In this document: piece after piece, positions 50,615-61,104 of the stretch
How positions within the stretch are numbered: position 1 is the stretch's first letter
Layout: the number at the start of each line of letters is the position of its first letter
From: Ignavibacteriota bacterium
GTDB lineage: Bacteria > Bacteroidota > Ignavibacteria > UBA10030 > UBA6906
Direction: 5' to 3'
Assembly: GCA_963801355.1 (NCBI GenBank)
Contig: CAWDEM010000008.1
Location: forward strand, 640,001-704,000
Length of the DNA: 64,000 bases
Notes under the pieces: generated by a model
Told to the model about the DNA's origin: nothing
What the model saw: only the letters and a program-made list of their open reading frames with translations
Databases searched by the model: none
Made by a program: the position numbers and the translations under genes

Positions 50615-51814
50615 TCACAAACGGCGGGGTCTCGTCCAGATCGTTCCAAGAATCCCGGGTTTCTTGCGGCCCGGATCCGGCGGGTGCATCCTCTGCACGG
50701 TACCGGCCGGCACATCGGGTTGATAGTACACTGTCAGTATGCGCAAGGAATCGAGTTCCACAGATGCGGGGTAGCCAAGATCACCATTGGGAGCGTCGTC
50801 ACGCAGAACAACCTCGTTGCGGGGGTCCCACGTGACCCCGTCATGGCTAATGCAGGCACGCTGGCCGTAGGGCTTCCGGCGATAGCCATACGAACAGAGC
50901 ACGCCGCCGTCGGAAAGCAAAAGGAGATGCGGAGGGAAGCCCCAGAGACCCGTGGCAAACGGGGGGGCCCAGGTCCTCCCGTTGTCGTCGGAATAGGACT
51001 CCCAGAGCACGCAACGAGGATCCGTGTCGTCGTATGGCACTGCGGTTGCACGGATCATCATGACAATCCGCCCCGAGTGGAGCTGTACCACATGGGGTTC
51101 TCCAAGCCGAACACCGCCGTAGGCGGTTCCCCCGATAGTCGCAAGAAGTGTGCATGTGCTTTCCGGGTGAACCGAACGGTAGACGCCTATACTTCCTTTT
51201 TCTTCTCGGTAGGAAGCGATGAGCACGGATCCATCGTGCAATTGAATGCCTCCATGCACTGCATCCTTGCCCGGCCGGGGTGCCGACCATGATTTTCCGT
51301 TGTCGTGCGATGTGGCATGCCACGCACCCTGATGCCGGCACTCCGAAACGTAGCTCGCTCCGCTCACATGCGTGGACCACCGTTCGAGGACCGGTTTCTC
51401 GTATGATGCCGGGGGGAGTGCGGCATATGATGCGCGGGTATGACACGTGGACCAGAGATGCGCCAGGATCGTGCCGTCACCAAGTAGAGTGAGCCCCGAC
51501 TCCCGGTCATCGATTGCCGTATCATAGACGGTGTCAGGAGGTTGCCATGTGATGCCGTTGTCGGTCGATCGGACGGAGAGAATTGCGCCGTCCGGCCCGA
51601 GATGTTCCTCTGTTCGTGAGAACAGTACAAGGAGGTCGCCGTTGCCCGCACGGACGAGCGACGGCCAGGCACAATAGAGGCTCTCCGGACCATACAGCAG
51701 GATGTGTTGAGATCTCACTCCTTCATTCCGGGCATCTGTGTCGTTCGGTGTCCAGCCCGTGGCGAACAGGCCGAGCAGCAGAGCGCCGGCGACGCGGATG
51801 CTGGATTCAGGCAT
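50615..51814 (-). CDS. Sialidase-like (BNR/Asp-box) glycoside hydrolase
   Basis: Asp-boxes STDNGITW, SHDNGKSW, SDDNGRTW, SHDGVTW; DLGYP. Confidence 0.82.
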   Translation of the reverse strand: MPESSIRVAGALLLGLFATGWTPNDTDARNEGVRSQHILLYGPESLYCAWPSLVRAGNGDLLVLFSRTEEHLGPDGAILSVRSTDNGITWQPPDTVYDTAIDDRESGLTLLGDGTILAHLWSTCHTRASYAALPPASYEKPVLERWSTHVSGASYVSECRHQGAWHATSHDNGKSWSAPRPGKDAVHGGIQLHDGSVLIASYREEKGSIGVYRSVHPESTCTLLATIGGTAYGGVRLGEPHVVQLHSGRIVMMIRATAVPYDDTDPRCVLWESYSDDNGRTWAPPFATGLWGFPPHLLLLSDGGVLCSYGYRRKPYGQRACISHDGVTWDPRNEVVLRDDAPNGDLGYPASVELDSLRILTVYYQPDVPAGTVQRMHPPDPGRKKPGILGTIWTRPRRL

Positions 51815-53243
51815 TGGATGTTTCCCCGGGAACGTTGCGATAGGAGTTTTCCGGGAGGAGGCGTATGCCATTCTGGCGAATGACTTCCGCATACCAGTGT
51901 GCGGAAGTCCGGGGAAGCCGACGGCCCGTTGCATAGTCGACGTGATAGAGACCGAAGCGGCGCGAGAGTCCCGATGACCATTCAAAATTGTCCATCAATG
52001 ACCAGATGAAATAGCCCCGGAGGTCGATTCCCTGTGCAATTGCCTCATGTGCGGCGGCCAGGTAGGCCTCGAGGTACGCTACGCGAAGGGGGTCATCGAG
52101 GGTATCTCCCCCGGCGGGTGTGGGAAGTGCGCAGCCGTTCTCGGTGACGACAATCTGCGGGTGATTGTATCGCGCGGTAATCCAGTGGAGAAGCTTCCGG
52201 AACCCCCATGGTACGACTCCCCACCCCATGGCCGTGGTTGCCCACCCCGAGTGCAAAGAGAGGTGCACGTCCTGGTCTTCCTCAATTCCGCTGTTGACGA
52301 AGGGATGTGCCGGCGGATGGGCACCCGCTTGTGCATCCGCGGCATACATTGTTGTGTAGTGGTTCAAGCCGAAGAAATCCTGCGATCCGCGGATCATGGC
52401 GGATTCTTCGCGCGTGAAAGGAGGCAGGCGGCTTCCCAGCCGTTGCCGCATCACCTCCGGGTAGTCTCCGCGATAGAGCGGATCGGCAAACCAGCCGAGG
52501 AAGAACTCCAGCGAGCGTTGCGCTGCGGCGACGTCCGAGGGCGCACTGGTGAGCGGTTCGCGCCAATCGCAGTTGGTCGTCATCGAGATCAGGCCATTCT
52601 GGACGGCCTGGAACCTGTCCCTGTACGCGCGCGCTGCCATACCGTGTGCGCGCAGGATCGTGTGGGCTACCACGTATGGTTCCGCGTTCGAGGTGCGGCC
52701 GGGAGCGAATATCCCCTGCCCGTGTCCCAGAATCGACGTGACCCAGGGCTCGTTGAACGTCGTCCAGTGTGTGACGCGGTCTCCGAAGCGGTTGAAGCAG
52801 AGAACGGCATAGTCCCTGTAGATCTCCGCGAGCGCCGGGTTCATCCAGCCGTCGAGTTCCAGTTGGAGCGCCAGCGGAAGGTCCCAGTGATACAGCGTCA
52901 CCCACGGCGTGATGCCGTGCGTGAGCAATTCGTCGATCAGGTCGGAATAGAAGCGGATCCCCTCTTCATTCGGGGTACCACGTCCGGCCGGCAGAATTCT
53001 TGACCACGCGATGGAGAACCTGTACGCCTTGAGCCCCAGAGCTGCCATAAGCGCGACATCATCCTTCCAGCGGTGGAGATGGTCGCATGTCACATCGCCT
53101 GTTGAGCGATCGGCGATTTTGCCTGGTGTGTGGGCGAAGGCATCCCATATGGAAAGGCCTTTGCCGCCTTCAAGCCAGCCGCCTTCGATCTGGTAGCTGG
53201 CAGTCGCGGCCCCCCAGGCAAACTCTTTCGGGAAGGTCAGCAT
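51807..53243 (-). CDS. GH1 beta-glucosidase
   Basis: FAWGAATASYQIEG, TFNEP (acid/base), VTENG (nucleophile), WSLMDNFEW. Confidence 0.95.
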   Translation of the reverse strand: MLTFPKEFAWGAATASYQIEGGWLEGGKGLSIWDAFAHTPGKIADRSTGDVTCDHLHRWKDDVALMAALGLKAYRFSIAWSRILPAGRGTPNEEGIRFYSDLIDELLTHGITPWVTLYHWDLPLALQLELDGWMNPALAEIYRDYAVLCFNRFGDRVTHWTTFNEPWVTSILGHGQGIFAPGRTSNAEPYVVAHTILRAHGMAARAYRDRFQAVQNGLISMTTNCDWREPLTSAPSDVAAAQRSLEFFLGWFADPLYRGDYPEVMRQRLGSRLPPFTREESAMIRGSQDFFGLNHYTTMYAADAQAGAHPPAHPFVNSGIEEDQDVHLSLHSGWATTAMGWGVVPWGFRKLLHWITARYNHPQIVVTENGCALPTPAGGDTLDDPLRVAYLEAYLAAAHEAIAQGIDLRGYFIWSLMDNFEWSSGLSRRFGLYHVDYATGRRLPRTSAHWYAEVIRQNGIRLLPENSYRNVPGETSNA

Positions 53244-53322
53244 GGGCGTCAGTGCTCCTCAGCATCATGGAATGTGATGGACAGGGAAAAAACAGCAGAA
53301 GTGCCGGCGGTGTGCTCTGTAG

Positions 53323-54933
53323 TCAGGAGCGGGATCTTCCTCCGGGTCGTGGCCTTCTCGCCGGGCCGCTGCGTCGCGGTACACGCGAGGCCTTCTTGCG
53401 GGGCTCCACGGTCCCTTCCGGGAGTGGTGGCAGTGGCTGGAGCAATTCGGCATCAGGGTGGACTGCCGGGAGGGACCGGCCGATAAATTTCTCAATTTCG
53501 GGGATCTGATATGACTCCGTTTCCGTGGCAAAGCTCACTGAGGTTCCGATCGCTCCTGCACGGCCGGTGCGACCGATGCGATGCAAATAATCCTGGGCAT
53601 CCATCGGGAGGGAAAAATTCACCACATGGCTCACACCGGCGATGTGCAGACCGCGGGCGGCGACATCTGTTGCAACGAGCACTTTGAATCGCCCGTTACG
53701 GAATGCTTCAAGGGTCTTCACGCGCTGATCCTGCGATACATCACCTGACAACAGCCCGCATTTGATCTCATACGCGGTCAAACGGTCTTTGAGGAATTGG
53801 GTCTCGTCCCGCCGGTTCGCAAAGACCATGACACGTTCCAGCTTGCGGACGGTGATCAGGTTGTACAGCACCGTAAACTTTTCCTCGTCGGTGGTAATGA
53901 AGACCACCTGGTCAATTGACGCGAGCGTCATCGCCTGTGGAGGGGTCACATCGACATGCACCGGGTCGCGCGTCCAGGCAACGGCAAGGCGTTGCACCTC
54001 CGGCGTCAGGGTCGCGCTGAAGAACATCGTTTGGCGTTTCCCTTTCATCGGAGTGCTCTCGATAATCCGGCGCACGTCCGGGATGAAACCCATGTCGAGC
54101 ATTCGGTCCGCTTCGTCGATCACGAGGATCTCGACGCTGCTCAGATCGATGTTGCCGTTGCGTTTGAAATCCAGCAGCCGACCGGGAGTGGCGGCAACAA
54201 TATCCACAAATTCATCCTTCAGAGTGTTCTGTTGCTTCCTGTACTCCATGCCGCCGAACACAGCCATCGTTTTGGACGTCGTGTACTTCGAGAGTGACTT
54301 TGCGTCCTTGTCGATCTGGAGCACGAGTTCACGTGTGGGCGCGAGGATCAGGGCGCGCGGTGTTCCTCTCTTGCGCGGCTTCGGGGCAGGTGTCCTGCTG
54401 AAATGGGTGAGTATCGTGATAAGGAATGCCGCCGTTTTGCCGGTGCCTGTTTGTGCCCGGCCGGTGGCGTCAGCGCCCGAGAGAGTCTTCTCGAGAATCC
54501 CCGCCTGGATGGGTGTGCAGTACTGGAAGCCGAGGTCAGAGATCGCACGCATCACTTCGGGTGGAAGGTTGAGGTCATGGAAACGGACCTTTCCTTCTTC
54601 GGCAGGGACGCTGAACTCCGCCGGATTCCAGAGTACCGGAGGCTGGCGGGGTTCCTGGGTCTGCCGCGGCGGTTGCCGCCGGGGTCGCTCTTGCTGCGCT
54701 TGCCGTTCCGGGCGTGGGCGGGGTGAGGTGTGGGTATCGCGTTTCTGGCCGGGTGGCGGTGCAGGGCGTGACGGCGTCACGCGCCCCTGCGGCGCACGCC
54801 TCGTGCGGGTTCGCTGCTCGCGGATCGCCGGGGACGGCGGATTCTGAGGGGGAATTATTGGGGTGCCGGAGGATTTCTTGCCTGAGCCGGCAAGCTTCTT
54901 GATCAAATCACCAATCTTTTTGAGGACAGTCAA
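53323..54933 (-). CDS. rhlB: DEAD-box RNA helicase, RhlB-like, with a long N-terminal extension
   Basis: LGFQYCTPIQ, AQTGTGKT, PTREL, DEAD, SAT, HRIGRTGRAG; start uncertain (TTG at 54933). Confidence 0.85.
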   Translation of the reverse strand: MTVLKKIGDLIKKLAGSGKKSSGTPIIPPQNPPSPAIREQRTRTRRAPQGRVTPSRPAPPPGQKRDTHTSPRPRPERQAQQERPRRQPPRQTQEPRQPPVLWNPAEFSVPAEEGKVRFHDLNLPPEVMRAISDLGFQYCTPIQAGILEKTLSGADATGRAQTGTGKTAAFLITILTHFSRTPAPKPRKRGTPRALILAPTRELVLQIDKDAKSLSKYTTSKTMAVFGGMEYRKQQNTLKDEFVDIVAATPGRLLDFKRNGNIDLSSVEILVIDEADRMLDMGFIPDVRRIIESTPMKGKRQTMFFSATLTPEVQRLAVAWTRDPVHVDVTPPQAMTLASIDQVVFITTDEEKFTVLYNLITVRKLERVMVFANRRDETQFLKDRLTAYEIKCGLLSGDVSQDQRVKTLEAFRNGRFKVLVATDVAARGLHIAGVSHVVNFSLPMDAQDYLHRIGRTGRAGAIGTSVSFATETESYQIPEIEKFIGRSLPAVHPDAELLQPLPPLPEGTVEPRKKASRVPRRSGPARRPRPGGRSRS

Positions 54934-55021
54934 TGGGTGTGAGAACTCGCTTTCTGGAAGTGCACGGATGATATACAACGTACCGCATTATCGTGCGAGT
55001 TTCAAGCACAAAGGGGGGGTA

Positions 55022-55372
55022 CTATTGATTCCCCTTTCTGAGGCACGACCGCATTGCGGCGCCTGTCGCACCGGCCACGCCACCGGCGATGGCTGCAATG
55101 GCACACGTGAGCGGCACGAGTACCCATCCACTGCCCAGGTTGAGCATAAGGGCAACCCGGGCCGCGATGATTTCACTTTGCGTGAGAAACAGAGCCAGTG
55201 CCGCGAGTATCCAGACGGCGCCGGCACTCACCGCGCCCATCACGAGCGCATGGCAGGCCGGCATTGGAGATACAAAAGCCACCAGGAGAGGGATCACCAT
55301 GGCCCACCACCAGTAAGGGGTTGCCGCCTGGAGAATGAGAATGAGGGCGGCCGATATGATCGTCTTTATCAT
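55022..55372 (-). CDS. Hypothetical four-TM membrane protein
   Basis: Hydrophobic 116 aa; ATGA overlap with the acylase stop codon. Confidence 0.72.
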   Translation of the reverse strand: MIKTIISAALILILQAATPYWWWAMVIPLLVAFVSPMPACHALVMGAVSAGAVWILAALALFLTQSEIIAARVALMLNLGSGWVLVPLTCAIAAIAGGVAGATGAAMRSCLRKGNQ

Positions 55373-57993
55373 TTGGACCCCCTCATCTCTGTTTCACCCA
55401 CAATTCGATCATTATTCCGGTTGGGATCATTCAAGAATACGAGCTGATGGTAGCTCCCCTTCATCCACGTGTCCACGGAATTGTCATAGAAGACCGAGCC
55501 GGGACTTCCGGACTGTCCCCCCGGGTAGACCCCCCACCCTACCGGTGACGTGCCGAGCTCTACCGCCATTCGCCACGAGGGACCACCGGTCCGGCTGATG
55601 GCGTTCACCGTGTTGTAGTTGCCGGAGGTTGGGAGCTCCGATCTTCCGAGACCGGGGATCTGCGCAAGATGCCGTATGGAGGTCCCGCGAGATTTCCCCC
55701 ATGCCCAGTTGTCACTGAACGGTCCAAATTCTTTCGTCAGTTGCAGCACGGCGACAGAGAACGCGTTCCGAACGATCTCACCCAACGTTTCAACCCTGGA
55801 TGTGGTGCGGTCGTCCACGAACTGGCTCCCGGGATCCGAGAGCAGCAGGTGCAGCGTGACGTCGGCCCTGGGCTGCATGAGCATCACCCCATCCCTGCGG
55901 AGATCATCCTGCCAAACGCCTGTTTCGATCTCCCTCCACCAATACTCAAAGACCTGCGGGGAAATCAAGCGGGGGGCATAGTCGTATTTCCAGCCCTGCA
56001 ACTCCGTGAACGCCTTCGCCTCTTCAGTGCGTAAGGAATTCCCGTCGACGAGAGACAGGAGCAGGGGCAATGCCTTTGCGGCTCGAGGATTGACGATGTC
56101 AATCTGGAGCGCTTTCATATCTTCGATGGTCGCCTTCTGCGCATCCCGGAGCCGGTCGTTGATTCGTGTCGAGCGTTCGAAACCCGCGTAGTTCCAACCG
56201 AGATAGTACGGATAGGTGCTGTCGGCCGGAGGTTGATTGGCTGAACTCACAAAGCCCTGTGCGGGATTGAACACGTGGGGCAGGTGTGCGCGTGGCACCC
56301 ACCCATGCCATTCGTCCGCTGGATCTTTCCCATCCAGGAGGAACTTTCCCTGGTCCTTTCTACGGAGCGGCAATTTCCCATTGTGCCAGATGGCGATATT
56401 GTTGTCGGCATCTGCGTACACGAAATTCTGAGCGGGGCAGTCATAGCCATGCAATGCGCGCACGAAGTCGTCGTACGAATCGGTCATATTCATCTTGAGA
56501 AACGCATCGATCGCGTTGGATGAGTCAAGTGCAGTCCACCGCATGGCGTACCCGGAGGGAATCCGCTGATCCGGCAGCCGTTCCCCGGGCCGTGCGACAA
56601 CCGGGCCGTGATGGGTGTACACGACAGTCTCCACAACAGCAGGGCCTCCCCGTACGCTGATGATCTCTTCGCGTTTGTGTGTCGGGTGCCACAGGCCGGC
56701 GTGGAGGTATTCATTCAGAGAAGAATCTTTGAATGTGATCTCATACCAGTCAAGCACATCCGATCCGGCGTTTGTCTCGCCGAAGGCGATCGTCTTGTTG
56801 AAGCCTATGAGCACTCCCGGCCAACCCGGGGTTGAGACTCCATAGACGTTGATTTCGGGGGAAGTCAGCTGTACTTCGTACCAGATCGAAGGGAGTGTGA
56901 GGCCAAGGTGCGGATCGCTGCACAGTATGGGCCGCCCCGATGCCGTGCGTGAGCCGGAGAGTGCCCAGTTGTTGCTCCCAATGAACAGGTCGGCCTCCTC
57001 AACTTCCCCTTCAGCGATCGCAGCGGTACCGGGGATTCCCCCCGTCATGCTGCTGGCCTCAGGGGATTCCCCCATCATCGTGAGGGAATCAGGAGACCAC
57101 TCCATCTTCGTGCTGGCATCGGGGGATCTTCCCCTCATTGTGCCGTCATCGGGCAATCCCCCCCTCATCGTGCCGGCTCCAGGAAACCTTTCCGTCTTCG
57201 TAATGGCTGACGGGTGCTCAGGAGTCTCTCTGCTTGAAGAAATTCCTCCGGGCAGTGGAGCGAACTTCCAGGGGGTTCCTTTCGGGATCACCGGATCCGC
57301 GAACGGGAGGACATCGGGGTACAGGATCGACGTCAGGCTGTCGCCCAGGATATCGCGGGCGCGTGTCAGGGCGGCGTCGTTGTTCGAAAAGGAGAGTGTC
57401 AGTGCGAAATTGGAAAAGATGAGTGCGCTTTTGAGGGACGTCCACATCTCCGGGCTGTAGTCAAAAATCTTGAATTCCAGGGGAACGTGGCGTTCTTCGA
57501 GATCATTGATCCATGCGTTGACTCCTTCGCCAAAAGCTTCTGTGGCGACGTGCATGAACGGGTCTGCCTGGTGATTTCGCATGACGAGTTCCGCCGCGAC
57601 ACCCAACCCAATGCGTCGGTTGAAGCGATCCAGTTCGAGCGTGCGGGCACCGAGGACCTCGGAAAGGCGGCCCGCTGCGGCCCGGGCCTGGAAGTCCATT
57701 TGCCAGAGACGGTCTCTCGCCACGCAATATCCCTGCGCAAAGAAGAGGTCATGCACATTGCGCGCGAAGATGTGGGGGACATGCCGGTCATCCCACAGAA
57801 TGCGCACCGTCTCGTGCAGGCCGCTCAGTTCGAGAGTTGCAGGAAGCTCATCGGTGGAGCGGCTGTTTTGCCAGAAGCCTGCGAACGGGTTGAGGAATTT
57901 GCCCGGCGCGGGGATGGGGCCGTACCTCCAGTTCAGGAGGAAGAAAAGAGCCCCGGTCAGCAGGCACAAGGACAGCGGACGGATCCATTTCAT
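55369..57993 (-). CDS. Penicillin acylase-family Ntn hydrolase (S45)
   Basis: VPHIFA, AQGY..ARDRLWQMD, G|SNNW catalytic Ser, DPHL..PSIWYE, SANQ, YPGGQSG. Confidence 0.93.
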   Translation of the reverse strand: MKWIRPLSLCLLTGALFFLLNWRYGPIPAPGKFLNPFAGFWQNSRSTDELPATLELSGLHETVRILWDDRHVPHIFARNVHDLFFAQGYCVARDRLWQMDFQARAAAGRLSEVLGARTLELDRFNRRIGLGVAAELVMRNHQADPFMHVATEAFGEGVNAWINDLEERHVPLEFKIFDYSPEMWTSLKSALIFSNFALTLSFSNNDAALTRARDILGDSLTSILYPDVLPFADPVIPKGTPWKFAPLPGGISSSRETPEHPSAITKTERFPGAGTMRGGLPDDGTMRGRSPDASTKMEWSPDSLTMMGESPEASSMTGGIPGTAAIAEGEVEEADLFIGSNNWALSGSRTASGRPILCSDPHLGLTLPSIWYEVQLTSPEINVYGVSTPGWPGVLIGFNKTIAFGETNAGSDVLDWYEITFKDSSLNEYLHAGLWHPTHKREEIISVRGGPAVVETVVYTHHGPVVARPGERLPDQRIPSGYAMRWTALDSSNAIDAFLKMNMTDSYDDFVRALHGYDCPAQNFVYADADNNIAIWHNGKLPLRRKDQGKFLLDGKDPADEWHGWVPRAHLPHVFNPAQGFVSSANQPPADSTYPYYLGWNYAGFERSTRINDRLRDAQKATIEDMKALQIDIVNPRAAKALPLLLSLVDGNSLRTEEAKAFTELQGWKYDYAPRLISPQVFEYWWREIETGVWQDDLRRDGVMLMQPRADVTLHLLLSDPGSQFVDDRTTSRVETLGEIVRNAFSVAVLQLTKEFGPFSDNWAWGKSRGTSIRHLAQIPGLGRSELPTSGNYNTVNAISRTGGPSWRMAVELGTSPVGWGVYPGGQSGSPGSVFYDNSVDTWMKGSYHQLVFLNDPNRNNDRIVGETEMRGSK
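57031..57210. repeat. Degenerate 30-bp tandem repeat (6 copies) within the acylase spacer
   Basis: Units start at 57031, 57061, 57091, 57121, 57151 and 57181, e.g. GGGGGATCTTCCCCTCATTGTGCCGTCATC and GGGCAATCCCCCCCTCATCGTGCCGGCTCC. Confidence 0.8.
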
Positions 57994-58124
57994 CGCGTTG
58001 ATGAGGAGATTGTCGCGGAATATTGTCTGGGGCAATTTCTGCTGCAGGAGGAGTTTGCGGTATGGACCATGTACCTATGCACGTTTGCCGGTCAGGTCAC
58101 ACGGACGGTCCACTGCGCGTTCGT

Positions 58125-60068
58125 TCACTTGAGCAGGAATTCCTTCATGAACATAATCGTGGCATAGAACTCAAAGTCAGCGTTGCTCTTCTTTCCAAAG
58201 CCATGCCCCTCGTCTTTTGCCATGAGGTACCAGACGGGGGTTTGCCGACCCTTGAGCGTTGCCACAATCTGCTCCGACTCGCTTGCCGGAACACGAGGAT
58301 CGTTCTTCCCCTGGATCACAAACAGTGGTTTTGCGATCTTTGCTGCGTTGTTCAACGGTGCAATCTTCTGCAGGAACGCACGCATTTTCGGGTCACGCTC
58401 ATCGCCGTACTCCACCCGCCGGAGATCCCGGCGATACGGCTCGGTCCGTTCAAGAAACGTGACAAGATTTGACATCCCTACGATGTCTACGGCGCACCGA
58501 ATTTTGTCGGCATACATGCTTGCCACGGCGAGTGTGGCATGGCCCCCGTAGCTCCCTCCTGTGACCAGGATCCGGTCCCCGTCAAGTCCGGGTTGTTGCT
58601 TGATCCAGTCGAGCAGCGCCTCCAGATCCCTATAGGAACCCTCCCGCAGGAAGCCATTGTCGAGTTTCAGGAACGACTTCCCATATCCTGATGACCCTCG
58701 TATGTTCGGAAAGACAATGGCGTTGCCCATCTCATTGAGATAGTAGTTGTACCTTCCCAGGAAACCAGGCTGGAACTGCCCTTCGGGGCCGCCGTGGATA
58801 TCCACTATGACAGGGCGTTTACCCTGGAACTTTGACGCCGGCATGTACAAGAACCCAGAGATCATCTTGCCGTCAAATGTCTGCCACTTGACGAGTTCGG
58901 GTTGTGAAAAGTTGTCAGTGTTCAGCCCGCCCGTTTCGCTTTGTGTCCACCGCTCAATCTGCCCTGAGACCATGTTCAAGGAATACACGTCCGCCGTCGA
59001 GCGTGCCGATGAGAGGTTGAATCCGAGGTGGATATTGTCCTCGTGCCATTGGATGTTGGAGACCTGCCCGAACGGCAATTCCGGCATGGGGAGATCTGTG
59101 TGGGTTCCGGTTTCCATCACGTGGAGCACACCCACGCCGTCTTCGTTCGTCACATAGGCCAGCTTTGTCCCGTCTTTGCACAAATCAAATGTGGAGACGT
59201 CCCAGTTGATATGGGATGTCAGGTAAGAGTGCTTCCGGGTGCGCAGGTCTATGACTGCCAAGCGCATGAACTCGCTTGCATTGTCCGTCGTAGTGTAGAT
59301 ACTCTTGCCGTCAGCGCTGAATTTCCCTCCGCTATAGGCGACCTGCCCTGTTCCCTTTTCGGTGAGGAGCGTCTTAGCACCGGTGGCGGCATCGAAAAGC
59401 CAGAGGTACGACTCATTGATGGAAACCTCTTCCTGTGCAAGGATGGTTTTTCCATCCGGAGACCAGTCGAGTGTCCCCCAGGCTTCCCCCTTGTCGAGTT
59501 GGGCCAGGATCCGCCCGCCGTCAGGGTTGGTCGGATCCATGATGTAGAAATCATAGTCCTTGCCGTTCCGCTTGGTTGAGGCGTAGACAAGGCTGTCGCC
59601 TTTTCGAGACCATGCGCCGGGCATATTGCGTGACTTCCCGTCCGTCAGGAGTGTAATGGCCCCGGAGCCAAAGTCGTAGCGGAAGATCTGGAACCACTCC
59701 CCTCCACCCACATCCTTCACAAAGAGGAAATAGTCGGCGCGCGCAGGAGGGAATCCCCCGCCGAAGATGCGTTCAGGAAAGAATGTAAGCTGGGTACGGG
59801 CGCCTCCTGGGAACTTTATGTAGTGAAGCTGCGATGAATTGCCGAATCGTGTGCTGACAAGCATTTCCTTCAACTTCGGGTTCCAGCTCTGCAGCCATGC
59901 GGAGCGAAACTCAGTATAGCGTCCGACCTGCTCTGCGATCGTCGAGGGAACCGGTGGAATCCCGTCAATGACGAGGTTCTCACCCGGCACAACGGTCTGG
60001 GGTGTCTGTGAGAAAGCCAGCGCCACCGCGAGGGGAATTGCTGCAACGAGTATGCGCCAATACTGCAT
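58125..60068 (-). CDS. S9-family (prolyl oligopeptidase-like) peptidase
   Basis: Signal peptide, beta-propeller, IHGGPE, GGSYGG, GKNDPRV, DEGHG. Confidence 0.93.
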   Translation of the reverse strand: MQYWRILVAAIPLAVALAFSQTPQTVVPGENLVIDGIPPVPSTIAEQVGRYTEFRSAWLQSWNPKLKEMLVSTRFGNSSQLHYIKFPGGARTQLTFFPERIFGGGFPPARADYFLFVKDVGGGEWFQIFRYDFGSGAITLLTDGKSRNMPGAWSRKGDSLVYASTKRNGKDYDFYIMDPTNPDGGRILAQLDKGEAWGTLDWSPDGKTILAQEEVSINESYLWLFDAATGAKTLLTEKGTGQVAYSGGKFSADGKSIYTTTDNASEFMRLAVIDLRTRKHSYLTSHINWDVSTFDLCKDGTKLAYVTNEDGVGVLHVMETGTHTDLPMPELPFGQVSNIQWHEDNIHLGFNLSSARSTADVYSLNMVSGQIERWTQSETGGLNTDNFSQPELVKWQTFDGKMISGFLYMPASKFQGKRPVIVDIHGGPEGQFQPGFLGRYNYYLNEMGNAIVFPNIRGSSGYGKSFLKLDNGFLREGSYRDLEALLDWIKQQPGLDGDRILVTGGSYGGHATLAVASMYADKIRCAVDIVGMSNLVTFLERTEPYRRDLRRVEYGDERDPKMRAFLQKIAPLNNAAKIAKPLFVIQGKNDPRVPASESEQIVATLKGRQTPVWYLMAKDEGHGFGKKSNADFEFYATIMFMKEFLLK

Positions 60069-60180
60069 GATCAACCTCCATCTTTGTTGGCAACAATCGG
60101 GTGCCCGTGGCTGGATGCGCGAGGCGAACCACGCCGCGCGCATGGAAAGCCTCACGTGAAGCGACGTGGGTGTGGCGTAG

Positions 60181-61002
60181 TCAGTCCTCAGACGTGTATA
60201 GGAGGGGATTCAGAATGCTCGCCGCCGGATCGTCAGCCTTCAGACCGGGCAGGAATTCTTCCATGTCAACACGCCGGTGTTCATGATTGGGATACATGAC
60301 GCGCGTCCCATCAGCGAAGTAGCTCACTGCGAGCGCTTCCCTGCGGGTGTCGCTATCGTTGCCAGATGTCGAGTGCAGGATCTGGCCCGAGTAGACACAT
60401 GCGTCACCCGCGTTCATCACATAGCTCACCACCGGTATCTTGTGGTTTCTGATGATGCGGTCGAAGAGCTGGTCGGCTTCATATGATGGAGGGACTTCGG
60501 GGAACTGCCCTGCGCGATGCGTACCAGTGGCAAACCGTATCGCAGCCATATTGAGGGTGATGTCGACAAGTGCAATCCACAGCTTCATTGTGTGATGGGT
60601 GGCCAGTGGCCAGCTGTAGTGATCCTTGTGCCACGGCGTGGGATACCCTCCCGGCTCCTTCACGAGCGCCTCATCATGATAGAGCCGCACTCCCTTGACA
60701 CCCATCAGCGTGGCGGCAATCCTCGCGAATCGCTTCGAGAGAACAAACTCGCGAATCTCATCGCTCTTCCGCCACACATTTGAGACGTATTCAAGCAGCG
60801 GCCTTGATTCATCCTGCGTCACCATCACATCACGGGTACTCGAGCACTCGTCGGCCAGCTTTGTGATCAGGGGGCCATAGTATTGAATTTCGTCGGGCGT
60901 GGCCACGCCGCGAAGAAGAATATGTCCGTCCCTACGGAAATTCGCACACTGTGCGACATCGATTGGAAAAACGCTGGCAAGATCGAAGGTTATCGTTTGC
61001 AT
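60181..61002 (-). CDS. Phytanoyl-CoA dioxygenase (PhyH) family Fe(II)/2OG dioxygenase
   Basis: FRRDGHI, KEPGG..TPWHKD (HxD), WIAL, distal LHS, RREAL. Confidence 0.88.
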   Translation of the reverse strand: MQTITFDLASVFPIDVAQCANFRRDGHILLRGVATPDEIQYYGPLITKLADECSSTRDVMVTQDESRPLLEYVSNVWRKSDEIREFVLSKRFARIAATLMGVKGVRLYHDEALVKEPGGYPTPWHKDHYSWPLATHHTMKLWIALVDITLNMAAIRFATGTHRAGQFPEVPPSYEADQLFDRIIRNHKIPVVSYVMNAGDACVYSGQILHSTSGNDSDTRREALAVSYFADGTRVMYPNHEHRRVDMEEFLPGLKADDPAASILNPLLYTSED

Positions 61003-61069
61003 GCGCAGCCCTCCGCATTGTACCGCGGCAACTTCTGCTTCGAATCAAAGAGCTCTGGTGGGTAGTGGA

Positions 61070-61098
61070 AATGTATCGTTCTCGCGTAACATTGTCAA
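61070..61098 (-). promoter_or_regulatory. Sigma70-type promoter for the PhyH gene
   Basis: TTGACA-17 bp-TACATT. Confidence 0.65.
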
Positions 61099-61104
61099 GA
61101 CAAA

